A stretch of 64,000 bases of DNA from Octopus bimaculoides (taxonomy: Eukaryota), in contig NC_068993.1 in the NCBI RefSeq assembly GCF_001194135.2, positions 57,606,491 to 57,670,490 on the forward strand. Reading direction: 5' to 3'. Under the pieces are notes generated by a model, which was not told the origin of the DNA, did no database searches, and saw only the letters and a program-made list of their open reading frames with translations. The stretch's first letter is position 1; each line of letters opens with the position of its first letter. Positions 27,204 through 40,274 of this stretch are shown here, piece by piece. Both the position numbers and the translations under genes were made by a program.

Positions 27204-27588
27204 TGGAGGCGCAATGGCTCAGTAGTTAGTACAGCGGACACGCGGTCATAGGATCGCGGTTTCGATTCCCAGACAAGGCGTTGTGAGTGTTTATTGAGCG
27301 AAAACACCTAAAGCTCCACGAGGCTCCGGCAGGGGATGGTGGCGAACCCTGCTGTACTCTTTCACCACACCTTTCTCTCACTCTTTCAGCCTGTTTCTGT
27401 TGTGCCTGTAATTCAAAGGGTCAGCCTTGTCATACTGTGTCACACTTAGTATCCCCGAGAACTACGTTAACGGTACACGTGTCTGTGGAGTGCTCAGCCA
27501 CTTGCACGTTAATTTCACGAGCAGGCTGTTCCGTTGATCGGATCAACTGGAATACTCGACGTCGTAAGCGACGGAGTGCCAACAACAA
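27204..27588 (+). mobile_element. tRNA-derived SINE family C, full length
   Basis: tggaggcgcaatggctcagtagttag A-box-like, ggtttcgattcc B-box-like, terminal hairpin cgtcg-taag-cgacg, (CAA)n end. Homologous copies at 47184 and 49328. Confidence 0.85.
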
Positions 27589-28767
27589 TCTATCTACTAT
27601 ATATTCATACACACAGGTTATGTGAGACTGTTGGAAGGATTCGAAACAGAAAACGTTTATTTGCAATGGAAAGGTCGTAACACCTTAACCACTGGGCCAC
27701 CTACAATACTTCCTGAGCGCTCCACCGTCTGTATGCCAACAAGTAAGTAGATAAAGTCTTTCTTTACTGGTTATCTAATTACACTTCCTCTTTATTACAC
27801 GCCCACGTTTATAGCTGCCTATTAAACAATGCAACCAACATCTGTCTTATCTTGATTGAGGTGACTGGATTTATCTCGGAAAACACACAACAATAAAGAC
27901 ACTCCATAAAACCATACCCCTCTCACCCCGGCTCTTAATTTCTATTTGAGGTTTTATTGAATTATTTTATTTGCTGTTTATGTCCGCCTTTGTTTATGTT
28001 TTCGTTCAGTTCTAAAGAAATTACCGAATATCTATGCATTTAATTATTTGATGTCTGAAAATTCATTGAAACTGCTTTCGATGTGTCAGTTCTTTAGCCC
28101 TCGGTCAGGCTTTATCAGGCGATCCACTGGAATAGACTTACACTTAAAAAAACGTCCCAGCCGTCAACATTCCATCGTTTATTGTGGCATATTCTAACTT
28201 GTTGCATTTTGGAAATTCCTTCACAATTTACTGTCTGTTTCCTGGTCCATTACAAATCGATGCATGGGTTCAATCTCGCTGCGAAACACCTCGGGTAAGC
28301 CGCATATCAATGAAAGCCAGTGTCAGCTTTATTATCTGTTTTAAGACAGTGAGATACAGTCTTTTGAGGTTGCTTTGCCCACTTTAGTTAATGATAATTT
28401 AGTAACTCTGGAATTCGATGTTGCTGATCTTTGCGCTCATAAACCATGGATGCTGAATCTATAATCTTTTACATAGATCCAAGTCAGGTTTGATCCAGTA
28501 AATTTATAGTTTGAACATCTCGTCTGTTTTCCATGTAGAAATTTAGAATTACATTATCCAATACGTCCGATCCTTTTTTAGTTGCCAGAGAATAACGCGG
28601 ATGAGATGTCGTTGCTATTTCGTGTAAGACGATTTCTGGATGATAAACGCTCTCTGGTTATCTCGAAGCTCAAAGATATTAGTACTCGTCGTTGTTGACG
28701 CTATCTGTGGTGGTTACTGTGTGATGTTCATTATAAATATGTAGTTAATACTAGCAATCGGGAATAC

Positions 28768-28940
28768 GGCTAGCTGGCAGAATCGTTAGCACGCCGGACA
28801 ACATGGTTAGCTGCATTTCGTCCGTCCTCATGTTCAGAGTACAAATTTCGCGAAGCTCGACTTTGCCTTTCGTCCTATCGATTTCGATAAAATAAGTCTC
28901 ACTCAAAATTGTTAGCCTCGTCTCAAATTTGAAACCAATA
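28768..28940 (+). mobile_element. SINE family A, diverged
   Basis: ggctagctggcagaatcgttagcacgccgg...cgactttgcctttcgtcc. Confidence 0.75.
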
Positions 28941-30500
28941 TTAGCAACGGCGTTGGCATTGAAGGTGGTGGTTGTTTTGTGATGACAGTGGCGGTGATGG
29001 AGTTAGTAGTCGTACTCTTTGCAGATATAGCAGAGTGTGTTAGGCATTGAAGTGTTATTGAAAGCGGTGGTAGTCTTTGTGATGTTCGTGATGGTGGTGA
29101 TTCTTTGTTGTAACAGTGTTAAGTGCAGGAGGAAGAGGGCGAAGAGAATAGAAAGAAATTTACAACTGAAAATATTTACCTTGATTTAATTTTATGCTTG
29201 TAGTAAAGAGGTCAATGAGCTCCTCCCTCCAACCCGTCGCACTTCCTAACTTCCTACCACCTATCCCTTGCGTAAACAAGAGTCAGTGCGAGAGAGAGAG
29301 AGGGGGGAAGAGAAAGATTGGGAGACAGAGAGAAAGAGAAAACTGGCAGAGATTTCCATATGAAATACATTTGTTGTGAACAACGAAAGATCTCTAAATA
29401 AAGATCAAGTTACAACTGTGTGATTTCATGCTTTTGAATACTAAGTTTATATCTTGTAATTTTGTTAGTATTTTCTTTTTTTTTTCTTTCTGTTATTTTC
29501 TTACTTTCGTTTCCTGCTATTTCTGGCACAGTGTGTGAAATTGTAGTGATCCCTAATTTATTCGTCTTCTTCGTATTGTTGCTATTTTGTGCTGATGGGG
29601 GAGGGTCTTATTTTTTTCTTGTTTACAACCTAGTTAAACTTTACCCCTTATACTCGTTATCAAAGGCAATCCTATCTGTTGTTTTCCAAATAGTATTTAG
29701 ACGTCACATTGTCCGATGTGCGCTTTCTAACTTTAATCGGTTGACCAAAATGTTTGGATGGCTTAAAGTGCTACACACCTCGTCATTGTAATGTTCTCTT
29801 TAGATAAAACGACAAAAAGAAAATACGACAGGAAACAATCTATTATGTAGAGGGTAAAATGTTTACCCAGAATGCTATAGAAAGTGTGCGGATCTAGTAA
29901 ATCAATCTCTCTTTTTGACTGAATTCGCATCGAAAAAATATCTAATGTCTTTTAAAACATCTCTGTTAACCCTTTGCCTTCAAAGCTTTCACACGAGTTT
30001 GTCCTAAATGTCCATGCTTATTGCCAGAAAGTTAGTCAACCGTAGTATCATCTGCATTGAGTAATATAAAACTTTCGTCTCTAAGCTTTAGCTGTTTTCA
30101 ATATTACATAGGATACAGAGAACACGCATGTATATATATTGTTCTGGTATCTAAGCATCATAAAAGATAGACATTTTCCCAATTCATTTTCAACCACGTT
30201 ATTTTGGTGGTTATAAAAGGCATGGGAAAGTGTGTATCTGATATGATACTTGGTTACCAGAGAAACATGTCCTGTGTGTCCTATGTGATACACAGAACAT
30301 GCAATGGATTAATCTACGACTTCCAACAGAAATTAAGTTATAAAGTTCTGGATAGAATAAACTGAATACATATCGGAACACTCTGACTCAAAAATGTACA
30401 CTTTGGAGAAATAACAGCTAATAATAATTAGGGTTTTTCTCATATTAAAAATTCTATATTCAAACTATACTCTGTCTAAAGATATGATTGCATTCGAGCA

Positions 30501-30710
30501 ATGTTACGGGGATGTAAACACACAAACATCGGTTGTCAGGTGATGGTCGGGGGGACAGACACAAACACACACACACACAACAACTATATATACGACGGGC
30601 TTCTATCAGTTTCCGTCTACCAAATCCACTCACAGGGTTTTGGTAGTAGAGAATTCTTACCCAAAGTGCTGCGTAGTAGAACTGATTCCTGAGCCATGTG
30701 GTTGTTAAGC
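30501..30710 (-). mobile_element. SINE family B internal fragment
   Basis: acgacgggcttctatcagtttccgtctaccaaatccactcac plus adjacent family B segments. Confidence 0.75.
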
Positions 30711-30800
30711 TACGATTGTATGGATGTCAAAGAAAGAATGTTAATTCCATTTTCTTCCGTATGTCTAAACGAATACGCACACACACATATATACACACCC

Positions 30801-30834
<34 letters not shown>

Positions 30835-31420
30835 ATGCGTGTATATGCGTGTATGTGTATCCCTGTGTGTACAGTATGTATATTATGTGTGTGCGCGTAT
30901 TAGTTTGAGGAAATGCAGACAGAGCCAGAGATCGGACGATGCGACGAAAGAAAAAAGAAATATAAAACCAGTACTGAAAGAGATATTATGTGTTAAATTA
31001 CTAATGACAAATGCAGTAAAAGCTCTGGTTTTGTTATTCTCTGTTTCAAATAGAATAAGAACAATAACTGTGTTATACTTAATGTATCGCGTTTAATATG
31101 TAGTTTTTTGAAGGATATTTGATGCATATTCTGTAGTGAAAGCAAGGAAAAGGATATCATAGGGCTATAATTATTAAGGGTCAAAACAGGAATTCGAATT
31201 TACAGTTCAGAACAAGGGCTAGGATAACGAGATGCAGTGGTTCCGTATTGAACCAGCGACCAGTTGAAGTTCTCTTTAGTTTGGCATGTAAGCTTATGCA
31301 TCAGGTGGATAATATTTTCTTATCTTTTACTTGTTGAAAGTTATCGAACTACGGCCATGCTACAGCACCACCTTTACAGGCTTAGTCGAAGAAATCTATC
31401 GCAATATTTATTTCTTGTAA

Positions 31421-31626
31421 GGCGGCGAACTGGCAGAAACGTTAGCACCCCAGGCGAAATGCTGAGCAGTATTTCGTCTGTTTTTATGTTCTGAGTTCAA
31501 ATTCTGCCGAGGTCGACTTTGCTTTTCATCCTTTCGGGGTCGATAAATTAATTACCAGTTGCGTACTTGTGTCGATCTAATCGACCTAATCTCCTCCCCA
31601 AAATTCCGGGCCTTGTGCCTAAAGTA
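31421..31626 (+). mobile_element. SINE family A, full length, type-2 tail
   Basis: ggcggcgaactggcagaaacgttagc head, gagttcaaattc B-box-like, tail ggccttgtgcctaaagtag. Confidence 0.85.
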
Positions 31627-32617
31627 GTTTTGCAGTGTTTGCAAAGCGGGCGGTTAATCCACAAAGTCATGCCTGCCCCGTCGTTTCTTGCATAAGGTGT
31701 TTGTTTTCTGACAGGATGGGCCTATTGAAGAAATTTGAATAGCCTTTTACTATAAGGCGGATCTGCACTTTTATATACATAAAAAAAAAAGCTTTGATTT
31801 ATTTTCTTGTTAAACAGATGACGTTTATCTTTACTTTTTTATTTATTTTGACAAAAATTAAATTCTAGGTCAGTGGAGTGAAAAAGAAAGGGTATAAAAT
31901 GTGTCAAAAAAAAATGTCTGCCTTTCTTATTGTATTTTGAAAATCTTATGTTCTAGATCTTTGGATCTTAGAAGACAACAAGGCTACACAAATACAGACG
32001 TATCCGAATCAATTGAAAAGAATTTAAACAGTTCGTATCATTCCTGTTGGTATTTAAATTTAACCCCCATTAGCTGGTGACCAAAAAGAGATACGATCTG
32101 GGGGCCAAGTAATCGACTAGAACCAACCTCGAACTTGCTGGCTTTGAGCGAAAATTTGAAACTTTTAAAGGTATCGTCCATGCTAATAGTGTTACATACT
32201 TCATCACCACGTTGTACCGCATGGTTTACATAGTAATTTAAAATATCAAACGACCTTTTCTTGATAAAGTTTATCCTTGCGCCTCTGATTTTTATGCTTT
32301 TTTGTTCTTTCATTCAATTATTTCCCCCAAGACACAAGAGAGGTATCGAGTTGCTGCTGGTATTTCGTTTTCCCACTCTCGCATAGGCTGGAGAAGTTGT
32401 TTTACACACACTACACAGACATGCCCACCTATAAGCTTCCCCTCCGCATACACATACGCTCACGTTTGTGTGTGCGCGTCTGTATGTGTGAGTGTGAGTA
32501 TCTGTGTATGTGTATGCGTCTGTGTGCGTGTGTATATATAAACCACATATGTCTTCGTGTGCTTATGTATACGTTTATGTATCCAAAAGCATATATATAT
32601 TTATATATGTATGTATT

Positions 32618-32713
<96 letters not shown>

Positions 32714-32961
32714 AACACACTTATGAATACATGGCTATGCCAATATGAATTTAAACATGCTTATGAGATCGTATTTAAGAAATGATAAAGTTAATAAAAT
32801 AAATGTGTGATAGCTGTTTGTGTTTGTATGTTTGTACATGTGTGTGAGTGAAAGCCATGCGTGTCTACACACTCATGTACAAAGATATACACGCATACAT
32901 CTACAAGTATACACACGTGCGTGTAAGTATATATATATATATATATGTGTGTGTGTATGTA

Positions 32962-32992
<31 letters not shown>

Positions 32993-34069
32993 NNNNNNNN
33001 NNNNNNNNNNNNNNNNNNNNNNNNNNNNNNNNNNNNNNNNNNNNNNNNNNNNNNNNNNNNNNNNNNNNNNNNNNNNNNNNNNNNNNNNNNNNNNNNNNNN
33101 NNNNNNNNNNNNNNNNNNNNNNNNNNNNNNNNNNNNNNNNNNNNNNNNNNNNNNNNNNNNNNNNNNNNNNNNNNNNNNNNNNNNNNNNNNNNNNNNNNNN
33201 NNNNNNNNNNNNNNNNNNNNNNNNNNNNNNNNNNNNNNNNNNNNNNNNNNNNNNNNNNNNNNNNNNNNNNNNNNNNNNNNNNNNNNNNNNNNNNNNNNNN
33301 NNNNNNNNNNNNNNNNNNNNNNNNNNNNNNNNNNNNNNNNNNNNNNNNNNNNNNNNNNNNNNNNNNNNNNNNNNNNNNNNNNNNNNNNNNNNNNNNNNNN
33401 NNNNNNNNNNNNNNNNNTATATATATATATATTCGCTTGTGCCTTGGCATCCAAACACACTTAAGTGTTTTAAAATTGATAATGAAAGAGAACATGAAAT
33501 GGATGTGATTTTAGTCTTGAAACCGCATTCATGTGAACATCTCTTCAAAACCTTTGAAAGATCTGACATGCTTAACTTATCAGATGTCCTTATCCATATT
33601 TTAACATCTGTTCTATTAAGCTAAACTGTTAAACGTGGGTTTCTACCAACCCTTTCCGACAATTTGCCACACATTAACCAAGCACCTATGGCAGCTTCTA
33701 CTTGAATTCTTCTCGCCGTCCGCTATTGTTACACTAATGGAGGATTAACGTTTAATTGATAATCAGCAACCGCCCAAGATTTTCATTGAACCTAGAATGG
33801 TCTGTGCCAAAAAGTATCCAGTGCATAACCATCTTGTTTGTAATGCTGAGTGAGTGACCTTGGTTTACATATTTTGTTGATGGCTTATATAGTTGGTTTG
33901 TTTTGCTGGAATCATGAATGACCAAACATGTCTGATATCAAAAGCTGCCCCAGTTGAGACAGTTACACGAAAGTGCTAAAGATGTAAAATTGGTATATAC
34001 TATTATGATACACATTTAGTGGTTATCTAACCATTGTGTTTGTGGTTCGTGGATGGTTAACGGCTTGTA

Positions 34070-34119
34070 TGAGGCGCTGAAGAAGGAGCAAGAATTCCTG
34101 AAATGCGCATGTACACTCA
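34070..34119 (+). ncRNA. Candidate degenerate type I hammerhead motif (second family)
   Basis: tgaggcg-CTGAAGA-agga(gcaagaat)tcct-GAAA-tgcgcatg-TA-cactca. All invariant core positions are present; stems I and III are imperfect. Confidence 0.4.
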
Positions 34120-34712
34120 TTAATTATTTTTCTATGTCTGATCGTATTGTTTGCACAGATACATAAATACATACGTACATATATACACACACGTATATAC
34201 ATACTTACTCACACATACACACGCACATATACACATACATAGAAACACATACATAAACACATACAAACACATATACATACTATGCAGACACACACACACA
34301 CACAAACACGCATATTATTTTACTTTATTCAGTCATTAGAGCACCTATGTAAAGGGCTTTAGTTGAAGAATTAGACCCCATGACTCAGTCCTTTAAACCT
34401 AGTACTTTTTCTTTCGGTCACTTATGCCGAAACTTAAAATATTGGGGACGAAAATAGAAANNNNNNNNNNNNNNNNNNNNNNNNNNNNNNNNNNNNNNNN
34501 NNNNNNNNNNNNNNNNNNNNNNNNNNNNNNNNNNNNNNNNNNNNNNNNNNNNNNNNNNNNNNNNNNNNNNNNNNNNNNNNNNNNNNNNNNNNNNNNNNNN
34601 NNNNNNNNNNNNNNNNNNNNNNNNNNNNNNNNNNNNNNNNNNNNNNNNNNNNNNNNNNNNNNNNNNNNNNNNNNNNNNNNNNNNNNNNNNNNNNNNNNNN
34701 NNNNNNNNNNNN

Positions 34713-34799
34713 GAGTGGCTCTGTGGTAAGTAGCTTGCTTACCAATCACATGGTTCCGGGTTCATTCCCACTGCGTGGCAACTTGGGCAAATGTCTGTC
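34713..34799 (+). mobile_element. SINE family B head fragment
   Basis: gagtggctctgtggtaagtagcttgcttaccaatcacatggttccgggttcattcccactgcgtggcaacttgggcaaatgtct. Confidence 0.8.
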
Positions 34800-36157
34800 C
34801 GTGTTCAAGATATCTCAACAACCGCTGAATGGATTCGAATGAATCTTTAAATGATGTTTTGCCTCGTGACTGATTGAATTTAGGAATTGATCCGGTAGCG
34901 GACAAGGATTCTGGATTATTTTTCTTGTTTGTTTTACTTAATTTTGTAGAGCGGTCGAGTTCATTTTTAGTCTTATCGTTTGTGAGAGCAGTCGAGTTTA
35001 TTTCAGATATTCTCATTTTTAAAATCACTTCCGGCTAACCGTTGGTATTATCTTGGCGGATGTTTGCGCTCTCTGAAGCGCTCTTGTTTCTACTTACATT
35101 CATTGTTTAAGAAAATGGATTGAACCAAAGATATTTCGATTTCTATAATTTCAAAAAAACAGTGGTTGCTTAAGATTTATGCTAATCATAGGGAAAATCA
35201 GTTTATCCTGAGATAGATTGCTTTAATTATCAGTATACGAATTGATATTCAATTCTTTATAATGTCGTTATCATTACAGCATTTAAAGTTACATTTAAAG
35301 AGGTTATAGGCACATATACGTGTATCGTGTGATTATAAGTCCAATTTTTTTTGCATAAAGATCTTAAAATAACAATATTTCTAACGGAATTCTAATACAC
35401 AAGTCAGCAGAGTTTTTTTTCACATTTCAGTGATGGAAACAAACGATATAAAACCGAGTAAATTTTTTCCAATTAACCCACTGTTTCTCTTAATTTTAAT
35501 ACTGATAATCTAAGTAAATACTACATAAGAATTATCCCGCTGGAAGAGGCTGGTAGTTTTTCTAACTTAGCCTTTACATAATTTAGAATATACGCATTGA
35601 TCATTTTAAATTAACTCTTAGTAAGAATTATTAACCTTCCTTTAGCATTAGATGTGAATTATTGTTATGGTCTTTTAAGGTGACGTAAGCTTTACGCTTG
35701 ACAGAAATTCCACCCTATTATGTTGCTTTAGTCTAATAGCTATAGCCTTACTTCATTATTAATAGCATAATGCATATTAAACTACCTCTTCTGAAATTCT
35801 CTATAATGTTATTAGATATAAACTTAATTGAAACAACCTTATCAAATGCGCACAAATTACTTGTGTTCTTGGAGAATTTGTAAACATGGTTGCGTTTCTT
35901 AATGCTTGCTGTGTCAAATATTTGGGGAAGATAAACATGTTTAGTATACATCCGATGTGTTGCATTCAGTGCTTGCTTTATAGAAGTCAGCGTTTAACTA
36001 CATATTCGATACGTAATGCTATGTTTTTGCTGGTTTATTAAGTTAGCAAACACTCCGGTTTATTACATTATGTAGTAATGATTACATTCGCGCACACACA
36101 TACAGAGCGAACTAGGTATACCGAGAGACAAAAGCGAATAAATGTACAAAGATGCTG

Positions 36158-36215
<58 letters not shown>

Positions 36216-37124
36216 NNNNNNNNNNNNNNNNNNNNNNNNNNNNNNNNNNNNNNNNNNNNNNNNNNNNNNNNNNNNNNNNNNNNNNNNNNNNNNNNNNNNN
36301 NNNNNNNNNNNNNNNNNNNNNNNNNNNNNNNNNNNNNNNNNNNNNNNNNNNNNNNNNNNNNNNNNNNNNNNNNNNNNNNNNNNNNNNNNNNNNNNNNNNN
36401 NNNNNNNNNNNNNNNNNNNNNNNNNNNNNNNNNNNNNNNNNNNNNNNNNNNNNNNNNNNNNNNNNNNNNNNNNNNNNNNNNNNNNNNNNNNNNNNNNNNN
36501 NNNNNNNNNNNNNNNNNNNNNNNNNNNNNNNNNNNNNNNNNNNNNNNNNNNNNNNNNNNNNNNNNNNNNNNNNNNNNNNNNNNNNNNNNNNNNNNNNNNN
36601 NNNNNNNNNNNNNNNNNNNNNNNNNNNNNNNNNNNNNNNNNNNNNNNNNNNNNNNNNNNNNNNNNNNNNNNNNNNNNNNNNNNNNNNNNNNNNNNNNNNN
36701 NNNNNNNNNNNNNNNNNNNNNNNNNNNNNNNNNNNNNNNNNNNNNNNNNNNNNNNNNNNNNNNNNNNNNNNNNNNNNNNNNNNNNNNNNNNNNNNNNNNN
36801 NNNNNNNNNNNNNNNNNNNNNNNNNNNNNNNNNNNNNNNNNNNNNNNNNNNNNNNNNNNNNNNNNNNNNNNNNNNNNNNNNNNNNNNNNNNNNNNNNNNN
36901 NNNNNNNNNNNNNNNNNNNNNNNNNNAGAATGGCCTACCACGTAGAAAATCTTTCTCTTTACTTTACCGTTTAGATAAAAGTCAGTCCAGGTCGAGACGA
37001 ACAATTATGAAAGGAACAACCGCCACGCGGATTCTCCTTCAGGATGGTCGTTTTATAAATACGGGAAAAATGCGTCCATCATTTCTTTTAGCGGTTGCTT
37101 CTTCTAGAAGAAGTGTGTTGTGTT

Positions 37125-37421
37125 ATGATGTGTGTGTGTGTGAGTGTGTTTGTATGCGTGTGAGTATGAGTGAGTGTGTATGCGTGTGTGTGTATTGTGT
37201 TCTGTTGTGTGTGTGTGAGTGTGTTTGTATGCGTGTGAGTGTGAGTGAGTGTGTATGCGTGTGTGTGTGTTCTGTTCTGTTGTGTGTGTGTGTGTGTGAT
37301 GTGTTGAGTAATGTTATGTGTGTGTGTGAGTGTGTGTGTATGCGTATGTGAGTGTCGTCTTGTGTTGCATTGTGTGTGTGGTGTGTGTAATGTTTGTGTT
37401 CTGTTGTGTATGTGTGTATAC

Positions 37422-37452
<31 letters not shown>

Positions 37453-37455
37453 TGT
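37125..37455. repeat. (TG)n-rich array with ~75-bp internal tandem duplication
   Basis: Direct: the gtgtgtgagtgtgtttgtatgcgtgtgagt... block occurs twice (~37133 and ~37208). Confidence 0.85.
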
Positions 37456-37853
37456 GTAGGGGGTAATAATTATAATAAATTATTTCTTTGGAGTGTACGA
37501 AATCTTTTACTGATAGAGTTAAAGACGTTCAAATAAAAATAAGGTCGCATACAAGTAAACATAAAATGAATAATTAAGAATTAGTCGACATCATCTGAAA
37601 GATAATTACAATATTAGATTTCTCTTAAATAAATATCATCAATAGAACATAACTTGGCCATATATCACAATTTTAATATTCTCTTATGCAAGATCAACGC
37701 AGAAACGCACAGACAGACGACACACAGAGACAGACACACAGAAACACACACACACAGCCATAGAAAGAGAGAGAATGATAAATAGATAGCTAGACAGATA
37801 AATAGATAATTAGACAGATCTACAGTCTGACAGACAAACAGCTTGATAGATGA

Positions 37854-37862
37854 ATAGATAGA

Positions 37863-37924
<62 letters not shown>

Positions 37925-37925
37925 T

Positions 37926-38021
<96 letters not shown>

Positions 38022-38047
38022 GCAGACAGACTGACAGACTGATAGAT
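37854..38047. repeat. Compound (GATA)n-(GACA)n-(GATA)n microsatellite
   Basis: Direct. Confidence 0.95.
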
Positions 38048-39063
38048 ATGATGCCATAAATCGAATTTTATCAGAATCTGTTTGAAATCATCCATATTAG
38101 ATTATATGTTTTTTGACATTTATTATTACTAGCCTGGGGGAAAGACACTGTACCTGTGATCTTTGACGGCCATCTTAGGCGGTTGAAGTTGGTGGGGTAA
38201 GTGTGGCTCTGGAACAAATAGATAGTGACGTCTGGAAGAAAATTCCAGAAAGCCGAACTTCTATGGAAATGGATTTTTAAGAGTTAGTTCAGAGAGTGAA
38301 TGGAAGGATTGTCTTCATGTGAGTGATAAACGGTACCAATTACAGAGGATGTTAACAATGAAATTCTTAGGGGCTGAGTCACTTTTCAATTCTACCTATC
38401 TGCAGGAATTTTAAATGGTAGGTATAATTGTGTGTCTGTATATGTTTGTGTGTGTGTGGGGGGGGGGAACTGTGAGTTGCCTAACACGTATATCAATGAA
38501 AGCAGCCTTGTATATTCAGTAAGTTGCTTTATAAAAGTTAATTTTATTATTTTTCCTCATAGTAATCTCTCGATACGTATAGTTTTTCTCTTTTCCGTTT
38601 GTTACACTTAATCCTGTTACGTTCCAAAACCCCACGCGATAGGTGTTAATCCATGAAGTAGGAATAGTACTGTACTGTATTTTTATTTTTATTTTTACAA
38701 TTTTTATATATTCATTTTATCATAAATGCAAAACAACACCACGGAGGAATCGACGTAAGCTTAAATAATAAACTGCGAAAGATGAACCGCGATAGGTCGA
38801 GGTATTACTGTATATTACAAGGAGACCCGGTTCTCTCACGAGTCAATCTACTAAAACTCACTCTTGAGGGGCGATCTGATAAGGAGCTGACATTAGTTCT
38901 AGTGGAACCCAGAAACAGTGCAGTACACCAGAAATATCACAAAAAGAAGAAAAAGAGAGACAGAGAAAATAACAGAGAGAAAATTATGGAGAGAAAATAA
39001 GAGAAAGAGAGAATAAGAAACGGAGGGTAAGAGGTAGAGAGGGAAATATTTTAGACGGAGGTT

Positions 39064-39246
39064 CTCTCCGTCGGTTACGACGACGAGTATCCCAGCTAAT
39101 AGGATCAACTGAACAGCATTCTCGTGAAATTAACGTGCATGTGGCTGAGCACTCCCCAGACACGTGTACGCATAACGTAGTTCTCACTGAGATTCAGCGT
39201 GATGCAAAGTGTGACATGGTCGGCCCTTTGAAATACAGGTACTACA
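39064..39246 (-). mobile_element. SINE family C 3' fragment
   Basis: Reverse complement of the family C tail (ctcgtgaaattaacgtgca-gtggctgagcactcc-cagacacgtgta). Confidence 0.75.
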
Positions 39247-39267
39247 CATTTTTGGATTGGATCAACG

Positions 39268-39349
39268 TGAAATAACGCGTCGCCGGGAATTGAACTCACG
39301 ACCTTACAATCGTCAGCCGGATGCTTTAGCCACTTGCCACGCGCCTTCA
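39268..39349 (-). mobile_element. tRNA-like SINE head (family D)
   Basis: Minus strand gtgaaggcgcgtggcaagtggctaaag...gtcgtgagttcaattcccgg has A and B boxes but no complete cloverleaf. Confidence 0.6.
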
Positions 39350-39364
39350 CACGATATCTATCTA

Positions 39365-39398
<34 letters not shown>

Positions 39399-39517
39399 CG
39401 GAAATACACACATATATATATATACATATACATACATATATACATACACACACACACATACACACACNNNNNNNNNNNNNNNNNNNNNNNNNNNNNNNNN
39501 NNNNNNNNNNNNNNNNN

Positions 39518-39552
<35 letters not shown>

Positions 39553-40274
39553 TATATACGTATATCAATTATAGTTTGTGTGAGTGTGTAAGTATGTATA
39601 TATGCTATACATATATTTAAAAGGTAGTCTCCCCGGAAGAGTAGAGAAATTTACAGGGAGAAGTGAAGGTAAAGAAAACTAATGCAAATACGCTATACAC
39701 CTTATCACCTTTAAAGCTGGTCTGCTTTTCTGCCGTGAGGGAATATTATAAAGTTAAACAAACCCCGAGATTTGTAAAGAAACGTCTGCTTAGTTCAACG
39801 GTCAGTTATAAACATAAAAGGTTACGACTAGAGAAGGATAGGCGTATGCAAACCGCGAAAGAAACGTAGGTAAAGAAGACGACAGAAAAATAGATTGATA
39901 GAGAAAGCGAAAGAAGGTTAAGTATTTAAAGAAAATGTTTAAAAGGCTGGCAGATAAAGAAAACGATGAATAGATATGTAGGGAGAGCGAATAAAGGAAG
40001 GTTGGGTAGAAAGAGAACGTAACAGGAAGTGGGATGGTTCGAAAATCAAATGGAGGGATGATGAAGTGGTTGCATAATAAGGGAATAGCCGACTCTAAAG
40101 GAAAATATGGTGCGTAGCTTTACAGTTAATAATAAAACTATAAGGTGTCGCAAATAGGCAATAAAAGATTTACGGAAGAACGATAAAAGTATGAGGACAA
40201 GAAACGTTTAGTGACTTGATCTTTCATCAGCCGTCGCACAAATATCATCATAATTTCGTCACGTTTGAACGATA

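Noticed and set aside
32038-32313. 91-aa minus-strand ORF
   Set aside because: It overlaps a SINE family A tail remnant on the plus strand (~32098-32163).
40200-40235. Minus-strand CTGATGA...AAACGTT hammerhead-like order
   Set aside because: G12 is missing and stems I and II are not formed.
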